Positions 32,129 through 42,696 of a stretch of 64,000 nt of DNA are shown here, piece by piece. Both the position numbers and the translations under genes were made by a program. The DNA is from a virus (Duplodnaviria; Caudoviricetes): positions 7,932 to 71,931 of the IMG/VR virus record IMGVR_UViG_3300031994_000081. One strand, given 5' to 3'. The notes under the pieces are model-generated. The model made no database searches. It had not been told where the DNA came from and saw only the letters and a list, made by a program, of their open reading frames with translations. Position 1 is the first letter of the stretch. Every line of letters begins with the position of its first letter.

Positions 32129-34370
32129 CTATTTGTTCTTTAGGAGTATAAACTCTAGTTTTTTGTTCAATCTGTCTACCAGTAGACCAATTCTTTATCT
32201 TAGTAAGATAGCCAATTACTCTATCCCATAAAGAGATATTAGTACTACCACATTTAGGACATTTCTCAAAAGGTTGCTTAGCTATAAAATGACAATCTTC
32301 ACATTCACAATTTGGTATATTGAAAGTGAAATACTGACATCCAACTTCAGCAGCATAATGAAGAAGTTTCCAATATTGTTCTTCACTTAAATGCTGGTCT
32401 AAGCCAATATGAGCAGCGGCACCACCATCAAGATAGTCTCCTATATAGTCCTTACCATGAAGTCTAAATTTCTCAAGTACTGAAGTATTGACATCATCAG
32501 GCTTAAAGATATAACTAGCATAAAGATTATTTCCTTCACCAACAAAGTATCCATCTTCTTTATCCCAATTATAGTTCTTTATAGCAAGAGATTCAGCAGG
32601 CACTTCTTCTGTATTATATGTAGTTTTAGCTGTCTTATGGAGAGTATTTTGCTCTTTTATAGTACTAAAGATAAACTGACAAAATGCTTGATATTCAGGA
32701 TTGTCTCTACATTCAATACCAAGAAATTCGGCAGCTTGATTAAGCCCATTAATACCAATAGTAAGATATTGCTTGTTCAAATTAATGAAACCAGCAGTAT
32801 ATACAGGAAGTAACCCTGCATTATACATATCCCAAAGAAGCTCATTATAAGCAGTATGGTATTTATAGACTCTTTCAAGAATGTTTATAAGATACTCCTT
32901 AAATCCTTGTTTAAGATTGCCAGCAATCCAACTATCAGCGAAAAGCACCCTATCTTCAGGAATAGACTTATCCATGTGCCTATTTACCTCTTCTTCCAGA
33001 CCATTTTTGTTTAACTTAGAAGTTTCTATAGTTACACTTTCCATAAAATCTTGCATAATCCTATTAAGATTAAGGGTTATGACAGATTTACTTCCAGTTT
33101 GGACTCCCATATTACCGTTAGTGAAGTTAAACTCCTTAGTAGTTACTATATTCTTAAGTCTACAACAACTACTTAAAGAATCTACAGTATCACTGATATA
33201 TGTAAAGAAACTATGTCCTCTAGCATATTCTTCTGCTACAAATCTAGCACTCTCCTCATCAACAAACTTTCCATCCTTATACACTAGAGCAAATGATTCA
33301 ACTGGAAAAGTTAATATAGTTCTCAACCTCTCTTGATTAAACCATTGCATAAACTCTCTTTGAATCCAGTTAAGAGATTCCCAATCTGGTTTGGTCATAT
33401 CTGGAAACACAAATTCCCCAAACATACCTTCAAAGAAAGGTTTATCAAAGTAAGAGAAATTAATGAAAGCACTTTGAAGTCCTCTTGCAGCAGCAGGCTG
33501 ATTAATGCTATATATCACCTGTTGGAAATACTGATGTATTTGCTTCCTAATAGTCTTCTCTCTACTACAATTAGCAGATACTACCATGTCAGGATGTTGC
33601 CAAAAATCCTCTCCCCATTCTTTCTTTGCAAAATATGCAAAATAAAGGAGAAACTCTGAAGTAGCAACAGCACCTGCAAACATAGCACTAGTAGCAAAGA
33701 TAAGATTGACATACATACCACAGAAACTATCAAGATTCTTTGGTTGTGCAGACAGTCCACCAATACTCCTAATACCTTCAGACAAGAAAGGATACATAGT
33801 AATACTACAACAGTAAGGAGCTATAGCACCAGCAAAAGAACTCTCATCATGCTTATAGATAATATGGTCTTTGAGGTCTCTTTCATACTGTTTAGCATCA
33901 AAATTAGGATATAGTTCTTTAAGTTTATTCATAACCATACCCCTAGAAATATTGATATTATCTTCTTTATGTATTTCAGCATTAAGAATACCAATATTCT
34001 TTCCTCCCACATTACTATTATCATCAACAGTAGCATTAGCAGTATTAGAAGATTCCTTATATCTGTGTATAAACTCTGTTTTCTGCTGAACAAATTCTCT
34101 AATTCTCTTTCTCTTGTCTCTATACAGAATAAAGGCTTTAGCAAGTTCAGCATTATCCTTCATGAGAATACCTTCTACACTGTCTTGTATCTCCTCAATA
34201 TCTACAATATCTCTGTTTGTAAACAGAGCTTTAAGGTCATTTCTAACCTCTTTAGACATCTTTTTTCCACAAGCAGTATAGGCTTTCTTAGCAGCATTGA
34301 TTATTTTATTGTAATCAAATTGCTCTTCAGAACCATCTCTTTTCTTTACTTTCATAGTGTATTCAGCCAT
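32112..34370 (-). CDS. nrdD: Class III ribonucleotide reductase with ATP cone
   Basis: N-terminal ATP cone (VKKRDG), SCCRL finger loop, Zn motifs, DRVIGYL glycyl-radical motif. Confidence 0.95.
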   Translation of the reverse strand: MAEYTMKVKKRDGSEEQFDYNKIINAAKKAYTACGKKMSKEVRNDLKALFTNRDIVDIEEIQDSVEGILMKDNAELAKAFILYRDKRKRIREFVQQKTEFIHRYKESSNTANATVDDNSNVGGKNIGILNAEIHKEDNINISRGMVMNKLKELYPNFDAKQYERDLKDHIIYKHDESSFAGAIAPYCCSITMYPFLSEGIRSIGGLSAQPKNLDSFCGMYVNLIFATSAMFAGAVATSEFLLYFAYFAKKEWGEDFWQHPDMVVSANCSREKTIRKQIHQYFQQVIYSINQPAAARGLQSAFINFSYFDKPFFEGMFGEFVFPDMTKPDWESLNWIQREFMQWFNQERLRTILTFPVESFALVYKDGKFVDEESARFVAEEYARGHSFFTYISDTVDSLSSCCRLKNIVTTKEFNFTNGNMGVQTGSKSVITLNLNRIMQDFMESVTIETSKLNKNGLEEEVNRHMDKSIPEDRVLFADSWIAGNLKQGFKEYLINILERVYKYHTAYNELLWDMYNAGLLPVYTAGFINLNKQYLTIGINGLNQAAEFLGIECRDNPEYQAFCQFIFSTIKEQNTLHKTAKTTYNTEEVPAESLAIKNYNWDKEDGYFVGEGNNLYASYIFKPDDVNTSVLEKFRLHGKDYIGDYLDGGAAAHIGLDQHLSEEQYWKLLHYAAEVGCQYFTFNIPNCECEDCHFIAKQPFEKCPKCGSTNISLWDRVIGYLTKIKNWSTGRQIEQKTRVYTPKEQIDAQIL

Positions 34371-35389
34371 TGGGTTAAACTATTAGATTCATCCTGTTTT
34401 ATTAGCAAAGGCACTTGCGGCCTTAAAGAGAGATAAATAGAGAGCTGTCTTCCCAGCTCAAATGGGTCTTGCAATTCAATTTGTTGATGTTTTCCATAGA
34501 CAAGTGTACCTATTTTCTGAGTATCTTCAAACTCCCAAGCCAAAGGAGTAAGAGTTTTCTTATTGACAACTACAAAGGTATAATCAGCAAGCTTGTAGCC
34601 TCTGAAGAATGGGTCTCTGTCCATATTGTCTCTAATGATTCTCCAATAAAGGCGGCCTTGCACGTCATATCTCCATTGAATAAAAGATTCATAGAAATCC
34701 CACTCAGTATGAGAACTTGTCTTAAGGTCTATAGGATAGACTATCATATTCTCAGGGTCTATGATAATCAGGTCAGCCATACACCTGTAGTCCACACCAT
34801 CTAATGTAGCTTTGAATTTCAACTGATATTCTCTTATGAGGTTGTCAGTGCCATTCTCAGCAAAGAAGGTACAAGTTGAAGGGCTAGTTTTAAGTGCAGT
34901 TACTGCATTGTCAATCTGCTCTTTGAGAGCAGTGTCAATCACAGTTCTGTCACCTGCAAGATATAGGAGTGAATAATACTCACTGCCTTGCTCTTTGATA
35001 ACTCTTGCCCTTGTCTCTGGCTTCCAGTTAAGCTGAAAGCTATCAAGAATTGTCTGGTCAATGATAATGGAATCAGGAATCTCATTCAAAGACCTATAGT
35101 TTTGGCTATAGTTCTCAAACAGAGTATTGACTATACTTCTGACAGAATCCTTCAAAGTTGGGAACTCTGCCACCATGAAGTTTTTATCAAACTCTTCCTG
35201 ACCTGATGTTATCAGACAATCAACAGCAGACCCAAAAGTAAGTGATGGTGTTTCCACTTTATCAAAGAGTGTATCAAGGTTATTGAAACCCTCTCTAGCA
35301 AACTTAGCAAGAGTACTATAACTCAATGCAGGGTCTGCTCTATACTCAGGTTCTGTAACCTGCCAGCTTATATCATACAAGGTCTTCAC
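34352..35389 (-). CDS. PD-(D/E)XK exonuclease (RecE/DUF3799-like)
   Basis: LSYSTL, FGSAVD, CMADL...IDLKT, YDVQGRLY. Confidence 0.75.
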   Translation of the reverse strand: MKTLYDISWQVTEPEYRADPALSYSTLAKFAREGFNNLDTLFDKVETPSLTFGSAVDCLITSGQEEFDKNFMVAEFPTLKDSVRSIVNTLFENYSQNYRSLNEIPDSIIIDQTILDSFQLNWKPETRARVIKEQGSEYYSLLYLAGDRTVIDTALKEQIDNAVTALKTSPSTCTFFAENGTDNLIREYQLKFKATLDGVDYRCMADLIIIDPENMIVYPIDLKTSSHTEWDFYESFIQWRYDVQGRLYWRIIRDNMDRDPFFRGYKLADYTFVVVNKKTLTPLAWEFEDTQKIGTLVYGKHQQIELQDPFELGRQLSIYLSLRPQVPLLIKQDESNSLTQWLNTL

Positions 35390-35624
35390 GGATAGTAATA
35401 GCAGTTAGTTCAGCCTGCAATACATACAAGGAATCAAGGTCTATGTCAGCATATTTTTGCTCTTGTTTCTCCCTGTTCTTCTCAATTCTGCGAATGACAG
35501 TATCAACAATTTGCTCCATGCCAGCAAAGTCTCTTTTATCCAAGCACTTATAGCAAGCTGGGATTTCTTTCTCAGGCAGTTTTGGAACAAGCTGCCTCAA
35601 TTTTTGAATCTGGGGTGTTTCCAT
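35373..35624 (-). CDS. Hypothetical protein
   Basis: Likely start METPQ at 35624, overlapped by the tail of the HNH fusion gene. Confidence 0.5.
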   Translation of the reverse strand: METPQIQKLRQLVPKLPEKEIPACYKCLDKRDFAGMEQIVDTVIRRIEKNREKQEQKYADIDLDSLYVLQAELTAITIREDLV

Positions 35625-36561
35625 CTTCTTTATATTTGAAGACCCAATTTCGATGATATTTCCTTTCACCGTCACACACTCTTTTTATACAAGTAGAAGT
35701 AGTATGTAACTGTATAGCTGCCTCATTCATAGAAGGATATTCAGCAATAAAGTTACCATGCCTATCAAATTGCAAAATAGAATGTCCCTGAGTTTCTTGC
35801 ATAACCTTTCTATGAGCCTCAGATTTATTATAAGCAGTCAAAGAATTTCTTAACCTTTCTAGGGTTAATTCATTATGCTGATTCTCTAAAGGAGTAACCC
35901 ACCTTAAGTTTGTTACAACATTATTTGATGGATTAGTGTCGATATGGTCTACCTGAGATTTATTTTCAGGATTAGGAATAAATGCCATAGCTACTAGTCT
36001 ATGCACTGGGAAACTACCAGCAACTTGCTGATACCAATTTCTCAATTTTACAAACTTATAGCCATTCGCAGTAGATTGAGTTAAAATTTTCTCTCTCTTT
36101 TTACCATGAAATTGGATGGATTTTACTCTACCATAATTGGAAACCTCATAAAGGTCTCCAAAACCTACAACAGGTTTCCACTCCTCGGTCAAATTGGTCT
36201 GTGATAATATCATAGCTCTTTTTAATTCTGATACACTACCTATTTCAAAAAACTTTTTATTAACGTGATTTGTTTCCAAATATTGTATGAAAAGTTTCTT
36301 TATGACAGGCCACCTGTCATTAGGAAATCCTTTACATTCTACTATAAAGGATTCCCCAACAAAATCAGGTGTATAAGTAACAGGCTTAAAAACTTCCCCT
36401 AGATACACTCTTTGGGGTATAAGCTCATAAGTATGCTTCTCATATTCAACAGGTATTTTAGAATTTTCAAAGAACTTAGCACAATCAGTCTCTAGTTTGC
36501 TCCTATAATGAATCTCATTGTAGGTATTTGGGGTAGCATTTTTTATCTTCTTATTCTCCAT
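35572..36561 (-). CDS. Fusion of a PD-(D/E)XK resolvase-like domain with a NUMOD4-HNH-NUMOD1 endonuclease
   Basis: N-terminal YRSKLE...YTPDF...VECKG; then WKPVVG..YEVSNYGRVKS, VHRLVA..F..VDHID..NN...NLRW, and ILQFD..GNFIAEYPS. Confidence 0.8.
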   Translation of the reverse strand: MENKKIKNATPNTYNEIHYRSKLETDCAKFFENSKIPVEYEKHTYELIPQRVYLGEVFKPVTYTPDFVGESFIVECKGFPNDRWPVIKKLFIQYLETNHVNKKFFEIGSVSELKRAMILSQTNLTEEWKPVVGFGDLYEVSNYGRVKSIQFHGKKREKILTQSTANGYKFVKLRNWYQQVAGSFPVHRLVAMAFIPNPENKSQVDHIDTNPSNNVVTNLRWVTPLENQHNELTLERLRNSLTAYNKSEAHRKVMQETQGHSILQFDRHGNFIAEYPSMNEAAIQLHTTSTCIKRVCDGERKYHRNWVFKYKEDGNTPDSKIEAACSKTA

Positions 36562-37081
36562 GCCTTGCTTCCATTACAAAAGGCATAACAAGAAAAGCTG
36601 CTTTTTGAGCATCCTCAAAGGATGCAAACTTAGGCAGGTCTACATTCTTGTTAAAGACTTTCTCAACAGGTGCACCAGCTCCAAGGTTCACTATGTAGAC
36701 ATAATTTCCAAGCTTCTTACCTCTGTTCATAACCTCAGACATCATGTCAATGAGCATACAGTTATGGGCATGAGGAGAAACTTCTTGAAGAATGCCTAAA
36801 AGTTCACCAGCAGAGTCAAAGGATGTACCCATCTTTCTTGCAAGTCTTCTAATGTAAGGCTTGTAGTCCTCAAAGTCAAGCTTAGGCTTCACAGGAGTTC
36901 CAGAGATTTCTCTCTTCTCAACAAGGCCATCCTTGCAAAGCTGCTCAAGTGAAGCTTGGGTAACTAGAGTTTCCATTTCACAGTTCCCACTTCCATAAGG
37001 GGTGTTCACAGGAACCTTGACACGAATCTTGTCACCAATCTTGACTTCTTGGTCAGTGTTTCTTAAGAAATGTTTTACCAT
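36551..37081 (-). CDS. Hypothetical protein
   Basis: Coupled ORF within the operon. Confidence 0.6.
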   Translation of the reverse strand: MVKHFLRNTDQEVKIGDKIRVKVPVNTPYGSGNCEMETLVTQASLEQLCKDGLVEKREISGTPVKPKLDFEDYKPYIRRLARKMGTSFDSAGELLGILQEVSPHAHNCMLIDMMSEVMNRGKKLGNYVYIVNLGAGAPVEKVFNKNVDLPKFASFEDAQKAAFLVMPFVMEARHGE

Positions 37082-37098
37082 GTTAATTAGTTTTTAGT

Positions 37099-37785
37099 TT
37101 ATAAATCAGTACACCATTGGATTGGTGTACCATAATTACCAACCATAATAGAGTTAATCTCAGTGAATACCTTATTAGGCATAGGAGTACCAGTTCTAGC
37201 ATAAAATGCAGGATGGTTTACCTTGATAATAGTGTTGAACTTGCTATTGATATAAGGCTCAAATGTCTGAGCCTGTGTACCAAACAAGACATACACCATA
37301 CCAGTTTCCCATTTACTGAGATTCTGTAGTAGTTTAGTGATGAAAGGTCTCCAAAGCATGACATGACTACCAATTCTGTTCATCTCACAAGTGAGTGCAG
37401 AGTTAATCATTAAGATACCTTGCCTTGCCCAAGATTCCATAGTGATGTCAAATGATTTGAAAGGCATAGAATCCTCATCAAGACTCATTACACTCTGTTT
37501 TATCACTTGAAGTGAAGGTGAGATTTCCAATGTGCCTAGCTTATTCCCAAATAAGACCCCAGTTGCTACACCTTTTTGAGGGTAAGGGTCTTGCCCGAGA
37601 AGCACAACCTTGCAATCATGCTCACTGCATAGTGTGAAAGCTCTGAATATATCTGCATAAGCAGGTACAACAGGAGTCACACTATACAGTGAGTTCAGCT
37701 TTGTAACCACTTTGGCAAGCTCAGGCACATCAATGACCTTAAGCCAGTCTCCAAAGTAATCAGTAAGCTTCATGGTGATTTGCAA
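37099..37785 (-). CDS. ung: Uracil-DNA glycosylase, family 1
   Basis: VVLLGQDPY, WARQGILMINSALT and HPA motifs. Confidence 0.93.
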   Translation of the reverse strand: MQITMKLTDYFGDWLKVIDVPELAKVVTKLNSLYSVTPVVPAYADIFRAFTLCSEHDCKVVLLGQDPYPQKGVATGVLFGNKLGTLEISPSLQVIKQSVMSLDEDSMPFKSFDITMESWARQGILMINSALTCEMNRIGSHVMLWRPFITKLLQNLSKWETGMVYVLFGTQAQTFEPYINSKFNTIIKVNHPAFYARTGTPMPNKVFTEINSIMVGNYGTPIQWCTDL

Positions 37786-38473
37786 TGATATTGTTGAAAT
37801 TGGCCATATTGACAGTAGACAAAGTTGGAACCATTGGTTTTACAATCATGGAACCCATGTGTCCTATTACAATTTCAACAGGAACTCTGTTGCCAAAATA
37901 CTCTCCCCTATAGTTGATGTCTATACCTCCATTGGCATAACAAGGGATTGCTTGCTTAATGATAGTCTTTTCAACTATCTCAGAAGCACCCTCAAACACC
38001 TTATAGGAGAGTCTGCACTTTGGATGTGACAGATTTACAGTATTGTGGGCAGCATCATATTCAACTTCAAGAGTGCCTAACATAAGAGGCTCATAGCTCC
38101 CATTGAAAATCATTCCTCGGCAACCATAATAATGCAAGCCTTTGGAAGTAATCACATGGGCTAACCTCATGTTGCTGTTGCCGGCATCAAAAAATTGTCT
38201 GAGTATGGTATTGATGGTCTTTTTATGGAAAGTCCTTCTACCCATATTATCAGCACCATTGACAAGATTATAGACCAGCTTGGTGTAGCCAGCCCTTTTT
38301 GCAGATGCAACATAAGGCACAAGGGGAGTAGGAACCTCAAACTTGTTGCCTGAAATATCAACCTCCAAGAAAGCAGGGAAAGCACCTTCCTCAAGTGATA
38401 CTCGTGGAATTGGATAACCTTCTCTATCTGCTATATACCAAAGGAGCTTGAAAAATTCTTCTATGGAACTCAT
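37760..38473 (-). CDS. Hypothetical protein immediately downstream of the E1-like gene
   Basis: ORF coupled to both neighbours. Confidence 0.6.
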   Translation of the reverse strand: MSSIEEFFKLLWYIADREGYPIPRVSLEEGAFPAFLEVDISGNKFEVPTPLVPYVASAKRAGYTKLVYNLVNGADNMGRRTFHKKTINTILRQFFDAGNSNMRLAHVITSKGLHYYGCRGMIFNGSYEPLMLGTLEVEYDAAHNTVNLSHPKCRLSYKVFEGASEIVEKTIIKQAIPCYANGGIDINYRGEYFGNRVPVEIVIGHMGSMIVKPMVPTLSTVNMANFNNIIANHHEAY

Positions 38474-38474
38474 A

Positions 38475-39677
38475 CTACTCTATTTTGAGTTGCATACTAT
38501 TACCATCATAAGAGGTAAGATAGGGCAGCTCTCTAATAGGAGCACCAGCTACTTCATTTGCAACAAAGTTAGTGAATACATTAACCATCAGGCTGCCAAT
38601 CATGTTAGCCATATAGGTGGTCTGCTTATAGCTGCATACAGTTTCATCAGCCTCAGCATCAGAGAACAAAGCATTTTCTGAATACTTATTGATAGCCCCC
38701 TGGTCATCACCTGTAAAACTGAATACTTGCAGATACTCAGCAGACAATCTGCCATCAATGAAGAGACATTTCTTTCTCTCCTCAAGACTCTTGTTGTTCA
38801 CATGGGAACACCACTTGCGGAAGAAAATCTTTCTGGCTTCCATGTTGTCAAAGCCACAAATCATAATGTCAGCAGCTTCACAACTGTTGGTAAACCTGTC
38901 TCTGATAGCAAACACACTGTTGTAGCTGGCATAGTTGCCAACCATAGCAGCAATGGCATCAACCTTATGCTGGCCAATGTCAGACAAGCTATAAAGCTGA
39001 CCTGACATATTGGCAGCTTCCACTATATCATCATCATAGATGAAGAGTGAAGTAGGCTGCACCCTTGCAAGCAGGAAGCAGACATAACTGCCAATACCAC
39101 CAAGACCAGCAAGGATGATGGTTTTCTTTTGGATTTCCTCAAACCAAGAAGCACCGCTGAACCTGGAAGTATGCTCTGCAACATTCAGAGAACCTGAGTT
39201 GGCAGGCACATGATATGGCACAGCAAGTGGGTGGTTCTTCTCTTCATCAGTGAGGGGAGTAGTCTCCAAGGCATTGTCTGTAATAGCAGCAATTTCCCTT
39301 AAACGGTCTTCACTGTTGCTATAATTGTGGATAATGTCCTTGATTCTCTCAAGTATCTCCCTCTGCTCATTGGTCAGGAAGAGGATATAATTAGTTCTTT
39401 GGAAGGGCAGGAGAATCCAGCCCTTGATGTTCTCATTGTCAAGCCACTGGGTAGTTGAGCCAAATCTGCAAGAAGCAGCCAGCTCACCAGTGAAATGATG
39501 CAACAATATGTAGAACATACCATTGCTGACAGGAGTAGCATCAGGAGTATTCCTAAGAGTGGCAAAAACAGAGAAAGGAAGTGCCTCAGAATCTATGTGA
39601 AATTCATTAAGGGTTTCATTTCTGAATTGTTCAAGCTCATCTCTAGTAAGTTCAGCGATTGTCTCTAAGGTCCTCAT
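38475..39677 (-). CDS. ThiF/E1-like ubiquitin-activating family protein
   Basis: TSRFS, LAGLGGIGS, YDDDIVEAANMSGQ, CGFDNMEAR, IDGR; candidate catalytic Cys in ETVCSYKQ. Confidence 0.88.
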   Translation of the reverse strand: MRTLETIAELTRDELEQFRNETLNEFHIDSEALPFSVFATLRNTPDATPVSNGMFYILLHHFTGELAASCRFGSTTQWLDNENIKGWILLPFQRTNYILFLTNEQREILERIKDIIHNYSNSEDRLREIAAITDNALETTPLTDEEKNHPLAVPYHVPANSGSLNVAEHTSRFSGASWFEEIQKKTIILAGLGGIGSYVCFLLARVQPTSLFIYDDDIVEAANMSGQLYSLSDIGQHKVDAIAAMVGNYASYNSVFAIRDRFTNSCEAADIMICGFDNMEARKIFFRKWCSHVNNKSLEERKKCLFIDGRLSAEYLQVFSFTGDDQGAINKYSENALFSDAEADETVCSYKQTTYMANMIGSLMVNVFTNFVANEVAGAPIRELPYLTSYDGNSMQLKIE

Positions 39678-41394
39678 ATTCTTTAGGCATTAAACTTATA
39701 AGTTCTTCAATCATCATATCTTTGACAGTACTCTTGGGAAGGCTCTCAAGATAATCAATCATATCACAAGCATAAAGGTGAATGAAAGCATCACTGTCAT
39801 TATAGTCGTAGTCATCACCCAAGTTATATCGGGCTGCAATTTCATCTTCATATTTCTTGTCCACTGAGTAGCACAGCATTGCATCAGTGAGAGACTGAAT
39901 CCAGTTCTGGAGTCTGCACTCATTGTAACTGTCAGTAAGCTCACCAAATCTGGCTTCATACAGCTTATCCATCTTCTCCACCCAATCACTGAGATTGAGA
40001 TTAGTCTTCGAGGTAGCCAATATGCTGCCAGTAAGCAGCTGAGTACACAGGGTCTTTACTATGTCGAAAGGGACTTTTTCAAACTGATAAAATTCAGTGA
40101 TACCATCCTCATCATCCACAGGAACAGAAGGAGAACTAAAGCCTTTTTCAACCTCTTCCTGACCCTCAAAGGCAAGTTCAGTTTGATTGGGGTTTTTGAT
40201 TTCTTTCTCCTCAGGCTCCTCTTTCTTGGGAAACCCAATAGTGGGAACTTTGGGTTCTTGATAGGGGAGTCCATACTGATTGAGGGTAATGGATTTACTG
40301 GCAGGCTGATAGCCTCCACCATATCCACCATAGCTGGAATACCTGACTTTGGACTTATTCCTCTTAATCCCATCAAGTCTCTCATCAAGCTCCTTGAAGG
40401 GTTCAGGAACCTCAGTCTTGTTGATTCTCATTTCAAAGAACTCAACACAGGTAACTTCTTTCTCCTCAACCTTGGTCTCTTGTCTCTGAGCACCCTCTGC
40501 AATGACAACATTGACATCTTCAAAGGTCTTATACTCAGTACTCTCAGTATAGGTAATGAGAGCCTCAGCCTTAATCTTCCTTCTGAGTTTTCTAGTAATC
40601 CTAGCCACATACTGACCAGCATTGCAAACAATCAAAGAGAGGAAATGATTGAGGTCACTACCCTCCTCAAGGAGAGTATTAACATCAGTGCCACTGAAAA
40701 ACGCAGCCATGTTATTATGTGACATCATGTAATGTTATCCTTAGAGTTCTTTATCTCTAAGCTCTTGTCCTTATATAAGAAAATATGATAAATTCTTAAC
40801 AAGAATATATCATCATTCTTATGATAAATATAGACAAGTTCAGACTATATCATCACCTGTATAAACAGGGCTGGGCACTCGTGTCTCTATTATATTCTGC
40901 ATAGCAGTTTCAAGAGTTAGTCGTTGAACCTTCCAGCTTTGTTAAAGGCTGACTTGGCTGCTGATTGTCCCTTATCCAGGAGTTTCCAGCAATTCACCCA
41001 GTTTTACATCCACTCACAATTAATGGATTAGAGCCTCATAAATACCAGCTCTGAGCAATCCATGCTCAAGCCTATAATTGATGATGTCAGGAGTATCTCT
41101 GAAATCAGTGAAACCACCAGTGCCAATATCCATGACACAGATGTCCACACAAGTTGCTTTGAAAGTTCCATCATCCAAGGAACCTTCTACGGTGTAGAAT
41201 AAAGTGCCACTCCATTCTACATCATGCACCTTACTACAAAGGTGCCTTATCTTTGCTTCGACCTCTTCAGGAATAATGAGGTCAAATGAAGCAGGGTTTT
41301 TCACCAGCTCTAGCCGTGGCTTGGATGCTACCTTGGTTTCTACCTTGGCTGCTGCCGACTTGACTTGCTTGGCTTTGGTTTTGCCTTTTCCCAT
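39652..41394 (-). CDS. JAB/MPN+ metalloprotease split by a group I intron (exons 41394-41023 and 40722-39652)
   Basis: VEWSG in exon 1. Splicing gives LIH|SHNNMAAFFSGTD, the complete JAMM HxH..SxxD motif. Confidence 0.88.
40723..41022 (-). mobile_element. ORF-less group I intron (300 nt) in the JAB gene
   Basis: The exon ends CAU and the intron ends G. P1 pairs ATCCAT with GTGGAT (U.G at the splice site). Core elements: GGTGAATTGCTGGAA, AATCAGCAGCC, GTTCAACGACTA, GATATAGTCTG. Confidence 0.92.
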
Positions 41395-42625
41395 ATTGAT
41401 AATTGATTATACTTAAAACATTGGTGATTATAGCTTCACAATAATTCTTGGCAAGAAGTAAAGAGTGATTCTCAAGGGTGTTGCCATCAACAAGAATCTT
41501 CAATTTGACCATCTCACCCTTGAACCTGAATAGGTCTCTGCCATTGGCACTTGTAGCAGCACTGATGTCTCTGCCATTGTTGGAAATTTGATAAATTCTA
41601 CCATTGGCAACAACATAATTCTGAAGAACATGAGTATTCTTGAGTTGCTGTAGTGTAGGCATATTGGCAACTCTACACCTATAGTCATTCAGAAAAGCAA
41701 TGAACTCATTGCTCAAATTGACAATCATGGACACTGGACTTTCTCCAATCTGATACTGCCCATTGACAAATTGGAATCTGAACTTATGCTTTTCAGCATA
41801 ATACTGAGTGAAAGCATTGATAAGATGCTTAATAGAGCCACTCAAGATGTTCTTTCCTTGACTATTAAAGTTAGACATGGATTCATCCACATCACCTTTG
41901 TCAACCTCTTCAAGTCTGATATAAGGAGTACCAGCCACAGACTCAACAGTAACATACTTAGCAAGTTCAAAGGTAAACAGACCCCAAAATTGCTCATTAT
42001 AACTGGCTTTAATGGTATCCATAGTAGCATTAATAGGACCAGTTCCTGTGCAAGGATAACTCCATTGACCTGCACTACTTGAATCTACTCTCCTCATGTG
42101 AGAATGAGCATAACCAGCCTTGAATTGCTTATATGAATAAGTAGTCCTAGCAAGATGAAAACACTCCCTTAATCTACCATCAGACTCGATTTTCACACTG
42201 GCATAAAGGTCCTGAATGTCTATGAACCTATCATATTCATTGGTAACTCTCACATTTGGAAAATACACCATAATAGTTTTCAGACTATCCCTTTCTAAAC
42301 CAAGGAAATTCTTGATAGAAGGAGTGATATAGTCTAAAATACCTAAGTCTGGTATATATTCAAGAAAAGATTTACCTCTGCCATTAGCATCATAATCCTG
42401 TCTATCTATGCTATAGTGACCATATTCATTTCTGCCCTCATAGCCATCAATGAAAGTGCCAAGTGTCTTTGAATTAAGAAACTCCACAAGTTCATCAAAG
42501 GTTTTGATGTCAGAATCAACAAAAGGCTCACCAAATTGGTCTATGAACAGCTCAAGAATAGTATTATGCTTTCCATTGAGTCTGTCATAAATCTCTCGTA
42601 ATTTGTCTCTTACTGTATCTAACAT
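41282..42625 (-). CDS. Putative prokaryotic E2-like conjugating protein
   Basis: YAHSH...YPCTGTGPI resembles the UBC HPN...C arrangement. It lies between the Ubl-like and JAB genes. The start is probably 42625 (MLDTV). Confidence 0.55.
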   Translation of the reverse strand: MLDTVRDKLREIYDRLNGKHNTILELFIDQFGEPFVDSDIKTFDELVEFLNSKTLGTFIDGYEGRNEYGHYSIDRQDYDANGRGKSFLEYIPDLGILDYITPSIKNFLGLERDSLKTIMVYFPNVRVTNEYDRFIDIQDLYASVKIESDGRLRECFHLARTTYSYKQFKAGYAHSHMRRVDSSSAGQWSYPCTGTGPINATMDTIKASYNEQFWGLFTFELAKYVTVESVAGTPYIRLEEVDKGDVDESMSNFNSQGKNILSGSIKHLINAFTQYYAEKHKFRFQFVNGQYQIGESPVSMIVNLSNEFIAFLNDYRCRVANMPTLQQLKNTHVLQNYVVANGRIYQISNNGRDISAATSANGRDLFRFKGEMVKLKILVDGNTLENHSLLLAKNYCEAIITNVLSIINYQYGKRQNQSQASQVGSSQGRNQGSIQATARAGEKPCFI

Positions 42626-42632
42626 AATAAAC

Positions 42633-42677
42633 AAAAAAAAAAAAGGACAAGAGCAAAATAATTTCACTCTTGTCCTT
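42633..42677 (-). terminator. Intrinsic terminator after the Ubl-like gene
   Basis: GGACAAGAG/CTCTTGTCC stem followed by a long U tract. Confidence 0.8.
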
Positions 42678-42696
42678 GTTACACAACTCTTACTGA

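Noticed and set aside
16012-34370. Inteins in RNAP, PolA or NrdD
   Set aside because: No C/S...HN-C/S/T splice motifs or embedded endonuclease blocks were seen.
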